NCBI RefSeq assembly: GCF_964355755.1
Contig: NC_092672.1
Coordinates: 26,542,437-26,606,436 of the forward strand
Origin: Antedon mediterranea
Lineage: Eukaryota; Animalia; Echinodermata
DNA length: 64,000 nt
Direction of reading: 5' to 3'
Numbering within the stretch: position 1 is the stretch's first letter; each line of letters begins with the position of its first letter. Below are positions 1-10,547 of the stretch, piece by piece. Both the position numbers and the translations under genes were made by a program. The notes beneath the pieces were generated by a model, which was not told where the DNA came from, did no database searches, and worked only from the letters and a program-made list of their open reading frames with translations.

Positions 1-144
1 AACAAGAGTTCAGGTTCCGTACTCCCAAAGTAACAACAATGATATAAAATAAACTATATAAAAATATTAAAAAAACAAATAGACGAATCAACAGTGTCAA
101 TATAAAATAAACGGATAAAATACATAATAGTCGATTCAACAAAG

Positions 145-420
145 TCAATATAAAACATGTGATTTAAGTGAATTTAAAAATATTTGAAAACTGTCTAAAA
201 TTAAAGAATTTTTAATCATTTCCGGTAATTCTTCCCACAACCTAGGGAATATATTAATAGCGGAATGATGAAGACAATTGGTTCGAGCATAGTGATGAAT
301 GAACTTAAGTGTATCAAGGTGACGGCCATTAAACAACTAAAGATTGACGAACACTACTACAATCAACCGTTCCAATAAGTGATTTACAAACAAAGGATAA
401 CAGAAGATAATTTCTTCGAT
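145..420 (-). mobile_element. Degenerate LINE 3' fragment (CR1/L2-like C-terminus)
   Basis: PRLWEELPEMIKNS..F...LK resembles the W-N-x-L-P C-terminus of CR1/L2 ORF2. Confidence 0.4.
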
Positions 421-707
421 TAGATAGTGTAGGCCAATTTAGCTTAGTGAGACTATACACCCTTTAACATCATCTTATGTTACAGGCCATTATAACCGAA
501 ATTCCGAAATAAAATCTACCCACTGTTTTCCGACACTAATTTTAAAATGCATACATTATTTGATAAAGTGATGTACATACAAAAGATAATGACAGTGTCA
601 TCACAATTACCAAACAATTGGTTACTCAAATAAATTCTTAAATAACATGTTGTTCTTTCTTATTTCATAGGACAGATCACATCATTGAATAGGAAAAGTG
701 AATTGGT

Positions 708-3700
708 ATGGGTTCTAGTAAGAGTAAGGGGCCGATCGATGGACCAGCACTAGGAAGGCCATTTACACTTGGTATGCTGTACGATTGTCGTAATGACAAA
801 CTAATCCCTGGTACCTCACTATGGGATAATGAATTCCTTGAAAGTCACAGTGTTTCACATCTCCAAGAGTCATCAAACTTTAAAATACACACTGAAGAGT
901 CTATAGCAGACAAAGCTAATGCCCTTGATATCAATGCTAACTTGAAACTGAGTTGTCTTGTTGGTCTTGTTGAGGGGTCAGGTTCAGCTAAATATCTTGA
1001 TGACCGCAAGTCATCCAATTACAAGGCCAGAGTATCGATGCAATATAAGTGTACAACCAAGTTTAAGCAGCTAGCAATGGAACACCTTGGAAAGGGAAAG
1101 ATCATGTATCCTAATGTGTTTAAATACGGGATTGCCACTCATGTTGTGACTGGTATACTGTATGGTGGTCAGGCTATTTTTGTCTTTGAAAGACAGTTTT
1201 ATGAAAGTGAGACTTACAAGAAAGCACATGGAGATTTACAAGCTGCCATTAAAGCATTACCAAGGATTTCTTTTGACTTGCCAGAAGACCTAAAAGACAA
1301 ATTGGATGGTTTTGAGTGCACCTTTTATGGAGACTTCATTCCTCCCTCCAACCCTACTACCTATCTTGATGTTGTGGAGTTGTATAAAAAGCTTTCAAAA
1401 ATGATAGGTAGAAAAGCAGTTCCTGTGCATGTTTGGCTTCACCCATTGCACAATTTAGATAACAGAGCAGCAAAGTTGGTTAGAGAAATCAGTTATACTC
1501 AGGTTGAAAGTGCAGAAAACACACTAGAACAGTTACAAAGCTTGGAAATAAAGTGCAAAGACTTAGCAGAATCTGACCCATGTCAAAAGTTCCCGGTTAC
1601 AAGACAGAATATAAACAACTTCAAAGAAATGGTAGAAGAGTATAAGCTTAATATTCAGAGGCAAATAATGCAAGTATTGCCTGACATTCGAGGAGGGAGA
1701 ACTAAGGAAGTAATTTTAGCAAACATTTTAGAGAGTAGAAAAAGATCTCCTTTTAGTCATGGAAACCTTGCCAAATGGATAGATGAAGCGGAAGCTCTCA
1801 TCCGCATGCTAAGCACATACGTCAGTTTCATGAGTGAAATCACTTTTGCAGACTCACATGGACATTTTTCAGAAACCATTTTCAATCCTAACAACAGACA
1901 TGTCATATGTTTTATAATGCGCTTGGTACAGAACGAAACATTACTAACAGACATGCAAAAATATCTTATGAAAACCAACGATGTTGATTACAATTGTAAT
2001 GGAGAACATGTATTTTCCGGTTTTCCTTCTGATTCTTTGACAGATAAAATGGTCGTTAATGCGCGCCACTTCAAAGACTTTGATGCAGCAAATAAAGGAT
2101 CATTAGAAACAGCTTTTATAATCCATCAGGCCAAAAACGAGTTTGAGAACCCAACTGGTATAATATTTTTGTATAAAAATGGAAAACGTATGGATACAAA
2201 TTTTGAACCTCCTTCAATGCCTGGTAAACCTACATATTTTGACTCAACTCATCATAGCATCCAGTTAGAATGGAAAGTCCCAGATCAAGGTGTCTCGAAT
2301 ATCACTCATTATGAAGTGTCCTATAAGCAACTTAGTGATTCTGAAACAGAATGGATCACAGTCTCTACTTCCAGCAAAGAATGTTCATTTACTGCAAACG
2401 ATTTGAACATTTCCTCTGTATACTTATTTCAGGTGAAGTCAGTGTGTGAAGCCGGGGTAAGCAAAGCCAGTTTAGTGAGTGAACCAATGACCACTCGTCC
2501 AACATGTCCTCCTGGTAAACCAGAAGTTCAGCTACCATCAGGTCTTCATATTAGTGTTAGATGGAACTCTCCTGATATCATTGCTAAAAATGTCAATATA
2601 AAATCTTACAATATTCAATATTGCATGTTGGAAACAACTGATGAAACCGGACCTATTGAAGCAGATAAATTGATCTGGTGCGATATGATGACTGTTCTAC
2701 ACAATACACCAGAAGCAGAACACAGGGCTATAAATAAGATGATCTTCATGTATCGAGTTCGTGCTGACTGTAGTGATGCTGGACAGAGCAAATACAGCCC
2801 GACAAGTGAGGCTATCTGCCTAAATATTTCGCAAGAAGAAATCAAAAAGGAAAATATCTTGCATAATTCAAAGCTTGTTCAAACCGGCTCGCCATCGGTG
2901 TATGCACTCAATTTGAAGGAAGTTGTGAGAAGAGAATCAGAAAAAATCTACAAATATGCATTTGGAAATCGTAACAGAAACACACCAACTATCGAAAAAG
3001 TAATTATGGTTGTAGGTGCAACAGGAGCAGGAAAGTCAACTTTTATCAATGGGCTGATTAATTATGTATTTGGTGTAAAATGGGAGGATCGTTATCGCTT
3101 CAAACTGGTTCATGAAGATTTCAAAACTACACAGGCAACTTCACAGACAACTTCCATAACATCCTACACAATCCATCATCAGAATGATTTCCAGGTACCC
3201 TATACGCTGACCATCATTGACACCCCTGGATTTGGTGACACATCAGGCATCAGTCGAGACAAAGAAATAACCAAACAAATTCACAGTTTCTTCTCTACTA
3301 CAGGAGTAGGTGGTATCGACCATATAGATGCTATAGGATTTGTGGCTCAAGCCTCATTAGCAAGACTCACACCAACACAAAAATATGTTTTTGACTCAAT
3401 CTTGTCATTGTTTGGGAAGGATATTGCTGATAACATCTTTATCCTAGTCACTTTTGCAGATGGACAGAAACCACCAGTTATGGTAGGTATCAAAGAAGCT
3501 GAACTCCCATATAAAGGATATTTCAAGTTTAACAATTCTGCTTTGTTCGCTCAAAATAGAACTGATGGTGAGGTGCCGGAAGATGAAGAGAATGACGAGG
3601 AAGAAGAAGAGGGTGGAGGATTTGATAATATGTTCTGGCAAATGGGAGAAAAAAGTTTTAAGCTGTTCTTTAACAAGCTGGGAGCAATTGAGACAAAAAG

Positions 3701-4529
3701 CTTAGTATTGACCAAAGATGTCTTAGATGAGCGTAGTCAACTGGAAACATACATTGTTGGGATACAGAATGGAATCCAAACAGGGCTAAATAAACTTGAA
3801 CAACTGAAGATAGAAGATGAAGTTCTCCGTCAGCACCAGAAAGATATTGACAGGAACAGAAATTTTAAGTACACAGTAGAAGAGGAAAAGGCTACTTTTG
3901 AAAAAATTCCAACAGGTACATACATCACCAACTGCATTACATGCAACAGAACATGCCACTGCCCTTGTTATATACCAGACGATGATTCTAAAAGTAAATG
4001 CTCCGCCATGCGTGGTAGTGATAACTGTGCGGTATGCGCAAACAAATGTCACTGGACGATGCATAAGAATATGACCTATCAAATTGTGATTGAAAGGCAT
4101 ACTGTCGAGAAAAACTCTGAAGACTTGAAGAAGCGTTACGAGAATGCAAAAGGTGCAAAAATGTCTGCTCAGCAAATCATGAACAAAATGTCAGAGGAAT
4201 TTGAGGATGTCCAGTATGATGTTCTGGAATTAACAGAAGATATTCGCAAGAGTTTGAATCGACTTCAGGAGATTGCTCTTCTTCCAAATCCATTGTCATC
4301 AGTCGAATATATTGATATCCTGATCCAAAATGCAAAGGATGAAGCAAAGCCTGGATGGATGGAATATGTCAAGCAACTACATGATTTGAGAGAAAATGCC
4401 GAATGTTTAGAAAATGTTACGAAAGAAAATTATGATCCGTTTCAGCAGTACAAATTTATTGAGCACACACTACCAAAAAGAGAAAAACAAGGTAGAATGA
4501 GTAAATTGAAATCGTGGTTAGGATTGTAA
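708..4529 (+). CDS. Stonustoxin/neoverrucotoxin-like pore-forming domain + 2x FN3 + AIG1/septin-like GTPase + Cys-rich/coiled-coil protein (paralog 1)
   Basis: 1273-aa intronless ORF. SNTX-type motifs: ALGRPFTLGMLYDCR..LIPG, GSAKYLDD, ATHVVTGILYG, CTFYGDF. FN3 patterns: PSMPGKP..SIQLEW..YEVSY..YLFQVKS and PPGKP..VRW..YRVRA. GTPase motifs: G1 GATGAGKS, G3 IIDTPG, G4-like VTFAD. Cys cluster NCITCNRTCHCPC. In-frame TGA at 699-701 fixes ATG 708 as the start; splice acceptor ttcatag ends at 670. Confidence 0.9.
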   Translation: MGSSKSKGPIDGPALGRPFTLGMLYDCRNDKLIPGTSLWDNEFLESHSVSHLQESSNFKIHTEESIADKANALDINANLKLSCLVGLVEGSGSAKYLDDRKSSNYKARVSMQYKCTTKFKQLAMEHLGKGKIMYPNVFKYGIATHVVTGILYGGQAIFVFERQFYESETYKKAHGDLQAAIKALPRISFDLPEDLKDKLDGFECTFYGDFIPPSNPTTYLDVVELYKKLSKMIGRKAVPVHVWLHPLHNLDNRAAKLVREISYTQVESAENTLEQLQSLEIKCKDLAESDPCQKFPVTRQNINNFKEMVEEYKLNIQRQIMQVLPDIRGGRTKEVILANILESRKRSPFSHGNLAKWIDEAEALIRMLSTYVSFMSEITFADSHGHFSETIFNPNNRHVICFIMRLVQNETLLTDMQKYLMKTNDVDYNCNGEHVFSGFPSDSLTDKMVVNARHFKDFDAANKGSLETAFIIHQAKNEFENPTGIIFLYKNGKRMDTNFEPPSMPGKPTYFDSTHHSIQLEWKVPDQGVSNITHYEVSYKQLSDSETEWITVSTSSKECSFTANDLNISSVYLFQVKSVCEAGVSKASLVSEPMTTRPTCPPGKPEVQLPSGLHISVRWNSPDIIAKNVNIKSYNIQYCMLETTDETGPIEADKLIWCDMMTVLHNTPEAEHRAINKMIFMYRVRADCSDAGQSKYSPTSEAICLNISQEEIKKENILHNSKLVQTGSPSVYALNLKEVVRRESEKIYKYAFGNRNRNTPTIEKVIMVVGATGAGKSTFINGLINYVFGVKWEDRYRFKLVHEDFKTTQATSQTTSITSYTIHHQNDFQVPYTLTIIDTPGFGDTSGISRDKEITKQIHSFFSTTGVGGIDHIDAIGFVAQASLARLTPTQKYVFDSILSLFGKDIADNIFILVTFADGQKPPVMVGIKEAELPYKGYFKFNNSALFAQNRTDGEVPEDEENDEEEEEGGGFDNMFWQMGEKSFKLFFNKLGAIETKSLVLTKDVLDERSQLETYIVGIQNGIQTGLNKLEQLKIEDEVLRQHQKDIDRNRNFKYTVEEEKATFEKIPTGTYITNCITCNRTCHCPCYIPDDDSKSKCSAMRGSDNCAVCANKCHWTMHKNMTYQIVIERHTVEKNSEDLKKRYENAKGAKMSAQQIMNKMSEEFEDVQYDVLELTEDIRKSLNRLQEIALLPNPLSSVEYIDILIQNAKDEAKPGWMEYVKQLHDLRENAECLENVTKENYDPFQQYKFIEHTLPKREKQGRMSKLKSWLGL

Positions 4530-6313
4530 GTCAATGTCGCATACTGTATACTGCTATTGTTTTCAAATGGTCGATTTTCCATAAACTGGTCACGATCAGA
4601 GGTGGGCCTATTTAGTAATTAGAAAAAAAATTGCTTAAAAACTGAACTAAGATGAAAACCCTAGCATATGAATGACATGCTGCTGTCGAAACTGCCGTGA
4701 CTTTTGATGGAAATAAGCTGCCTACTAATCTTAGTTTGTTTAGAAATGTCAATATTTGTACTTATTTGAATTATGTAGGCCTACGTTAATATTACCTGCG
4801 CCAAATTTCGATATTTGTGTTTCGTGTATTTGTCTGTTAGCAGAATAACGTCAAAAATTATATTTACCAAATATTAAAAATATCTTCATCCACAGATAAA
4901 GATATGGGAGGGGGTTTGAATCCGCTGAAGGATCCCAATTATGTATCACTTTATTAGTTTACAAATTCTAGAATCTACTGTAGACGGATCTTTACCAAAT
5001 TCATTCAATTGAAAGGTATATAGCTACACATGATCTCATTAAATTTTAGAGGTCATCCGAACTGTACCAGGATCCCAATTCTGGACCACCTTTGGACCAA
5101 ATTGTGGTTTTGTGCTTACGCGTTAGTTCGGTATTTTAAACGATTTAAAACAACGGGTTGAATTATTTACTTTTGGAGGTCAGCCAATTGGCTGAGATAT
5201 GTAATGTCTGACTTCTTTTTATCATTATTATCATATTATTAGGCCTATCATTAATTATATTCCTACTAAAACGTATTGAAGCAACATCTTTACATCGGTT
5301 ACACACCTTCGTAAACACACAAGTAGGCCTACAAACAACAAACGGATACAAAATCAATATAGTGAACCCAAGAACAAAAATGATAAATATAAAACCAAAC
5401 GATTTGATCTTTGATTTATTCGTACATCATGGAGATATAGGCCTACAGTAAATTTAAAACTCAATACCGTATGCCACAATTTCAAATTGTTTATTCATGT
5501 AATGTAATGAGTGTTTTGTGCTGCCGGTTATAGTAAGTCTATTGCCTAATTGTTAGGTCTATTATCTCTAAAACCATGGAAAAAAGAGATAGATTACATC
5601 TCTGAAATATCCTAATCTGCAATCAAATATTTAATAATAATAATTTATTGTATTGCATGTTTGAAGGAACCATGACCAATTCAGTAGTGTGATTTATTTA
5701 TGAATATTTAAACTAATGCATATACATTGTAATTGTATACTACTAAATAACTAGTTCGTCGTCGTTTTTAAATTGTAAAGGAGGAAATGAAGCATACTGA
5801 AAGCGCTTCTGTGATGGTGTTAGTTACTCATTATGCGTAATTAAATAAAGTAATACGTAAACGGGCATAATAAATAAGACTGCATGCTATTATAAAAAGC
5901 CAGATATGTTGTTATAAAAAGTATGAATGAATTTAGCTGATTCTCATGTTTTTAATTACTTGTCGTCAGAAGATTATTGACCGACAAATAGCCAAATATG
6001 ATGTAAATATGAGTAGTATTAAATAAACTAATATTAATGGATAAAGTAAAACTATTCGGTAGTTTGTAGTTAAGAGGCGGAATGTATTGTTACATGTTTA
6101 TGAGATGTTCATATTATAGGCCTACATCGCTACTGTAAAGGCATGTTTACTTACCTGAAATTATTTAACGTGAAATATACAAAATTCACGTTCTGACAAT
6201 GATAAGTTTCTCTAAAAAGTAATGACAAAAAGTATGGTTATGGTGGAATTTTGTTAACAAAGAATATTTACCTATTATTGCATAAGGAAAACATTAGAAT
6301 TCAGTTTTACAAC

Positions 6314-6678
6314 TACCATATTTATTGGAATAAACGCTTCGCTTTGAATAAATGCCTTCCTCAATAGGAGAATATCATTTTGAATAAACGCTCACCACAT
6401 GCATATATACACAATATTGTATTACAACACATTTCTATTGTAGTAGAATTCAGTGATTAACATGATCTACAATTATTATTTACCAAGTATTTTGATACAA
6501 TTTTTACTCTATTTTATCTCTTCTCGATATTAATTGTGTTGTATTTTTCCATATTATCTAGAGGGTATTTATTTGATTATACATGTTACCATATTGCACG
6601 CAGAAAAATTAACGCCTCCCCCGAATAATAAACGTCTCCCTCAAAAGCCCCGGGGCGTTTATTCAAGTAAATACGGTA
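6314..6678. mobile_element. Tc1/mariner(pogo)-like MITE
   Basis: Imperfect TIRs TACCATATTTATTGGAATAAACGC / GCGTTTATTCAAGTAAATACGGTA with TA ends and internal AATAAACGC repeats. Confidence 0.55.
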
Positions 6679-6984
6679 TTATAATACGACTATTATCAAT
6701 GTTTATATAAGATATAGTAACACTAATTTCAGGCTTTAGATTATGTCGTACTTTATTTTTAAAATGGGTGAAAATTAAAAATTAATAATTAATTAATAGA
6801 GTGCTTTTGTGATCATTTGAGTTTAAATTACGAAAACCATTTCCTTTTTAAACCGAGAAAGCGAAATCTTGTAATTGACGTCGGCTTTGGAGAAAAAAAT
6901 AAGCATGTGAAAATATATGGGCCGGATTTTATTGTTTATTGAAATGAAAAATAAAAAATAATGAAATGGATCAACCCACTCTTG

Positions 6985-7720
6985 TCATAAAAGAAAATAA
7001 TCAAATATAGCACTGAAGAATAGATCACGAATGATACTATCTTCAGCATCACCAAAGTTACAAGTTTCTGCTAATTTTGGCAGAGCACTTGTCAGTTGGT
7101 TGGCTGTTTCACCATCCTTTTGTGTTATGTGGTAGAACTTGTGTCGCTCTAAAATCTCCGTTTCTTTAGGCACACAGTGATCTTCAAATCGTTTAAAGAA
7201 CAATGTATGGCTTCGTTTTATCAGCATCATTCTCAAAGCGAAATGTAGCCTATCATAACTCGCTCGACCTCTTTTACCAATTATATTTAATAGACACATG
7301 ACTTTTCTTTTGTCTTTTTTAGTATCCAGTCCACTTGCAATCATAACAATTTTAAACTCTTGTTTGAAAATGTTCCAATTAGCTGCAACATTACCTTCAA
7401 ATGAAAATTCCGACGGTGCTTAAAAGTAAGGTCCTTCAGCCATTTTTCTTAAAATTCCATCACTTCTGACACCATGTAAACGTATTGTAAGTTTATAAAA
7501 TATACACGAGGCGTACTTGCTAATAATAATATATTTATTGTTCGATGTTCAATGTACAAAAAAGTAACTTAATAACTAAAAGTATTCTAAACTACTGGTG
7601 TAAATGATGAGTAATATTCATTGTGGTTATACACAGGATACTGTGGTTATCACACAGAGTGCTATGCTAACGGTAAGCATACCTATGCTATGAGTACAGA
7701 TGATACTTAGAAATATCACA
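6985..7720 (-). mobile_element. Ty3/Gypsy LTR retrotransposon 5' remnant: LTR + PBS + gag fragment
   Basis: Candidate LTR TG...CA at 7720-7475 with AATAAA. PBS TGGTGTCAGAAGTG at 7474-7461 (tRNA-Leu type). Gag from ATG 7443: FEGNVAANWNIFKQEF..ERHKFY..QKDGET..LAETCNFG..IIRD, with an early stop. Confidence 0.75.
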
Positions 7721-10547
7721 TCTGTTTACAAGTACATTTAAGGCGGATTTTGTGTGAATAAAATGAAGACGTTTTTGTTTTGAACAATTTCATTTCATTC
7801 CAATAAACATTTAGGCCTATTTCTTCATCTTTTTGGAATCATGACGATATCACGTAAAGAAGTTGAAAATAAAGGAGGCAAAACCCTCAAAGTTAAACTG
7901 TTGAAAATAATCAACTGAAACTTGTATTGGGTGCGGCAGATAAAAGATGATTATTATTATTATTGTTATTATTGTTATTATTATTATATTAGAATAATGA
8001 TAATGATGATGATGATAATAATAATAATAATAGTAATATTTAACCAAAAACATGACAGGAACCCACGCTCGCGTACCGTCTAGGCCGTGCCCACAGATGG
8101 TTCTCGAATGCACAGTAATTTCAGCGTAAAACACTGGCGGTTTCAAATGTACGTACCACAGGACTATAATACATTGTCGTTTACAGAAACGAATGAATGA
8201 TGATTTATGTAGTCAACTAAAATTAACACCCTGGAATTACTTCCGAAATAGAAACTTGTAACAAAATGAGTCCAAATGTTTGATTTGAACTCATTTAAAC
8301 AAACCCAATTTGTGTTTTGTATGTAACATTAGGGTTGAAGGATGGGTACAAAGAACAACAATTTGTGTTCATGTTTTATAGGCCTATAAATATTATAGCA
8401 CTAAATAGAGTAGAACATTTGTGATGTAATACTTTGTTAAAACTCGGTCATAGTCAATTGAAATATAAAGTACAAGTAACGATATACCGCTACGACGTTT
8501 ATATTTTAGTAATTATTAATTAATACACACGTTGGGAACCAACTGTCAATAATAAAGTTTATTTGTATATTATGTGTTTATATCTAACAGTACCCACACT
8601 CGCTGCAATACGAAATTTTCGATTCAAATGGCGACCAAAAATGTCTTTACAGTATTGCCAAAGTATTGCAATGCCATATCTAAAGGTTTCAGGTTTACCC
8701 CCAATGGCCCATACATTTACCTACTTATGTTAAACCAAATAATTACACTGAAGCATCTTCGTATTATTGTGTGCGGGTATTTTTCAAGATGGACAGTAGT
8801 GTATACCACGATCGGAAAACACCCCTATTTTAGGCGAATCGTTAAAGCTAAATTCGTTTTAATTGTCAATAACTATTACTAGCAGTAAACCGCACGGTCT
8901 TTTCTGCATTAATATGTGATTATATACTTTGCATGTATAATAAAAGCGACACATTATCAAAATAATGGCCAACAGCCATAAGTCACGTGCTCTCAGAAAA
9001 AAATGAACTTTCAAAAAGTAATGTACTTTAAAACTTTCTGTACATCAAAACAGTTCAAAAAGTACAGAAAAGCGATAAAACGCATAGTGATACCGGACCG
9101 ACAGACAGACCGACAGACCGACCGACCGACATAGTGAACTATTGAGTTCAAAAAACAAAACAAATTGTATCAAGAATAACATATTATGGCCATTGAGTTT
9201 GTTATACACTATTCCTTCACTCTAAAATATATGTAAGCTAAAAAATGAAAGCAATACTCGATATGGAACTTTATACTTTACTTTTACTTTTCAGGCTTTA
9301 CGAAAATAAAAGACGCTAAATAACAATTGTGCTGTGTGAACTAGTTAGATGATGCGCGAAAACACTAATGAAAGTACAAAATACCAAACTATAATTATTA
9401 TTTTGGTTTTTTTTGTGGTGTATTCATTATTTGATACATGCAATAAAAAAATGGACATAAATCGAATGAAAAACACATTGTTGCTGAAACACGAATTGTT
9501 AAGTTGTTTTCATGTTCAACAATGTATCAAACCATTTGGAATCGTTTTGCTTTTGTGTTTTTTTTTCATTTACATTTTTTTAAAATTTCAATTTTTGGGA
9601 TATTTGTTACCTATTCGCTACTTTTGTAATAAGTGTGGTCTAGCAGTAACACGTGCTCCGCACGGTCTTGTCAGCCTTAATAATAATTCGCATGGGATGA
9701 TTAAGTATTATAAAAGTGCAATACTGGATATTGGAATATGTGACGTCTGTTAATCAGTCGGCAGATTAAAACATTTTAATGATAAAATATAAATATGAAT
9801 TAAGTTAAAGAATTAGGATGTGAGTATTGGAATAATAAAACGGACTTTAAAATCAACACAGAAAGTGCACTCACTACTCGAAATTAGATGATGCGTTCGA
9901 ACTCAAACTTTTATATCTGATATTTTGTGGAAACACGACTTTGGAATCATTTTATTTGTGTGGGTTTGCTTTTTTTTTTCTTTTACATTTTTTTAATTGT
10001 AATGGTTTTTTATATTTTTTTTATTTGTTTTGCGTGAGGTTTGGTATCTTTTTTGCTACTTTTGTAATTACATTGTGGTTTAGATTTTGTGCTTTAACGA
10101 AGAAATTTATTATTTACACATATCGCAGATTCGAACTCGAACCTACTAAGCATTACTTTCAATGGCCACAGCGTTTTACTCACTGAGCCAAACCGTGATT
10201 TAAAAAAATACATTCTGTTCCAAGGATAGGTGTAATTAATTAAAACTTGTTTTGGAGGAGATACGTAAAATACGCAAACAAATGTAGTAGCATTAATTAT
10301 AAATTATCTAACTCAGTTTAATTAGTAAACAGGGTTACATCAGGTGGTTAAAATCACTACCGAAAGTACCAACTAACTTTACATACCATCGAGTAAACAT
10401 TCTAGAAGTAACTAGCGACTTACGTAAATTTATACAACTGTTATTAACTGTCTATTAAGACCTCAATCAAAAGTATATCAGTTGATGCTTGTGCTATCAT
10501 CTGTAGTTGATGTAAGCCCCATTTAGATATGAATAATGAAAACTCTC

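Noticed and set aside
1757-4175. Antisense ORFs inside paralog 1 (and the equivalents at 55767-58498)
   Set aside because: Shadow ORFs of the sense coding sequence; their similarity between paralogs follows from the duplication.
7850-8146. ORF with poly-Y/H/I tracts
   Set aside because: Translation of an (ATT/ATG)n microsatellite.
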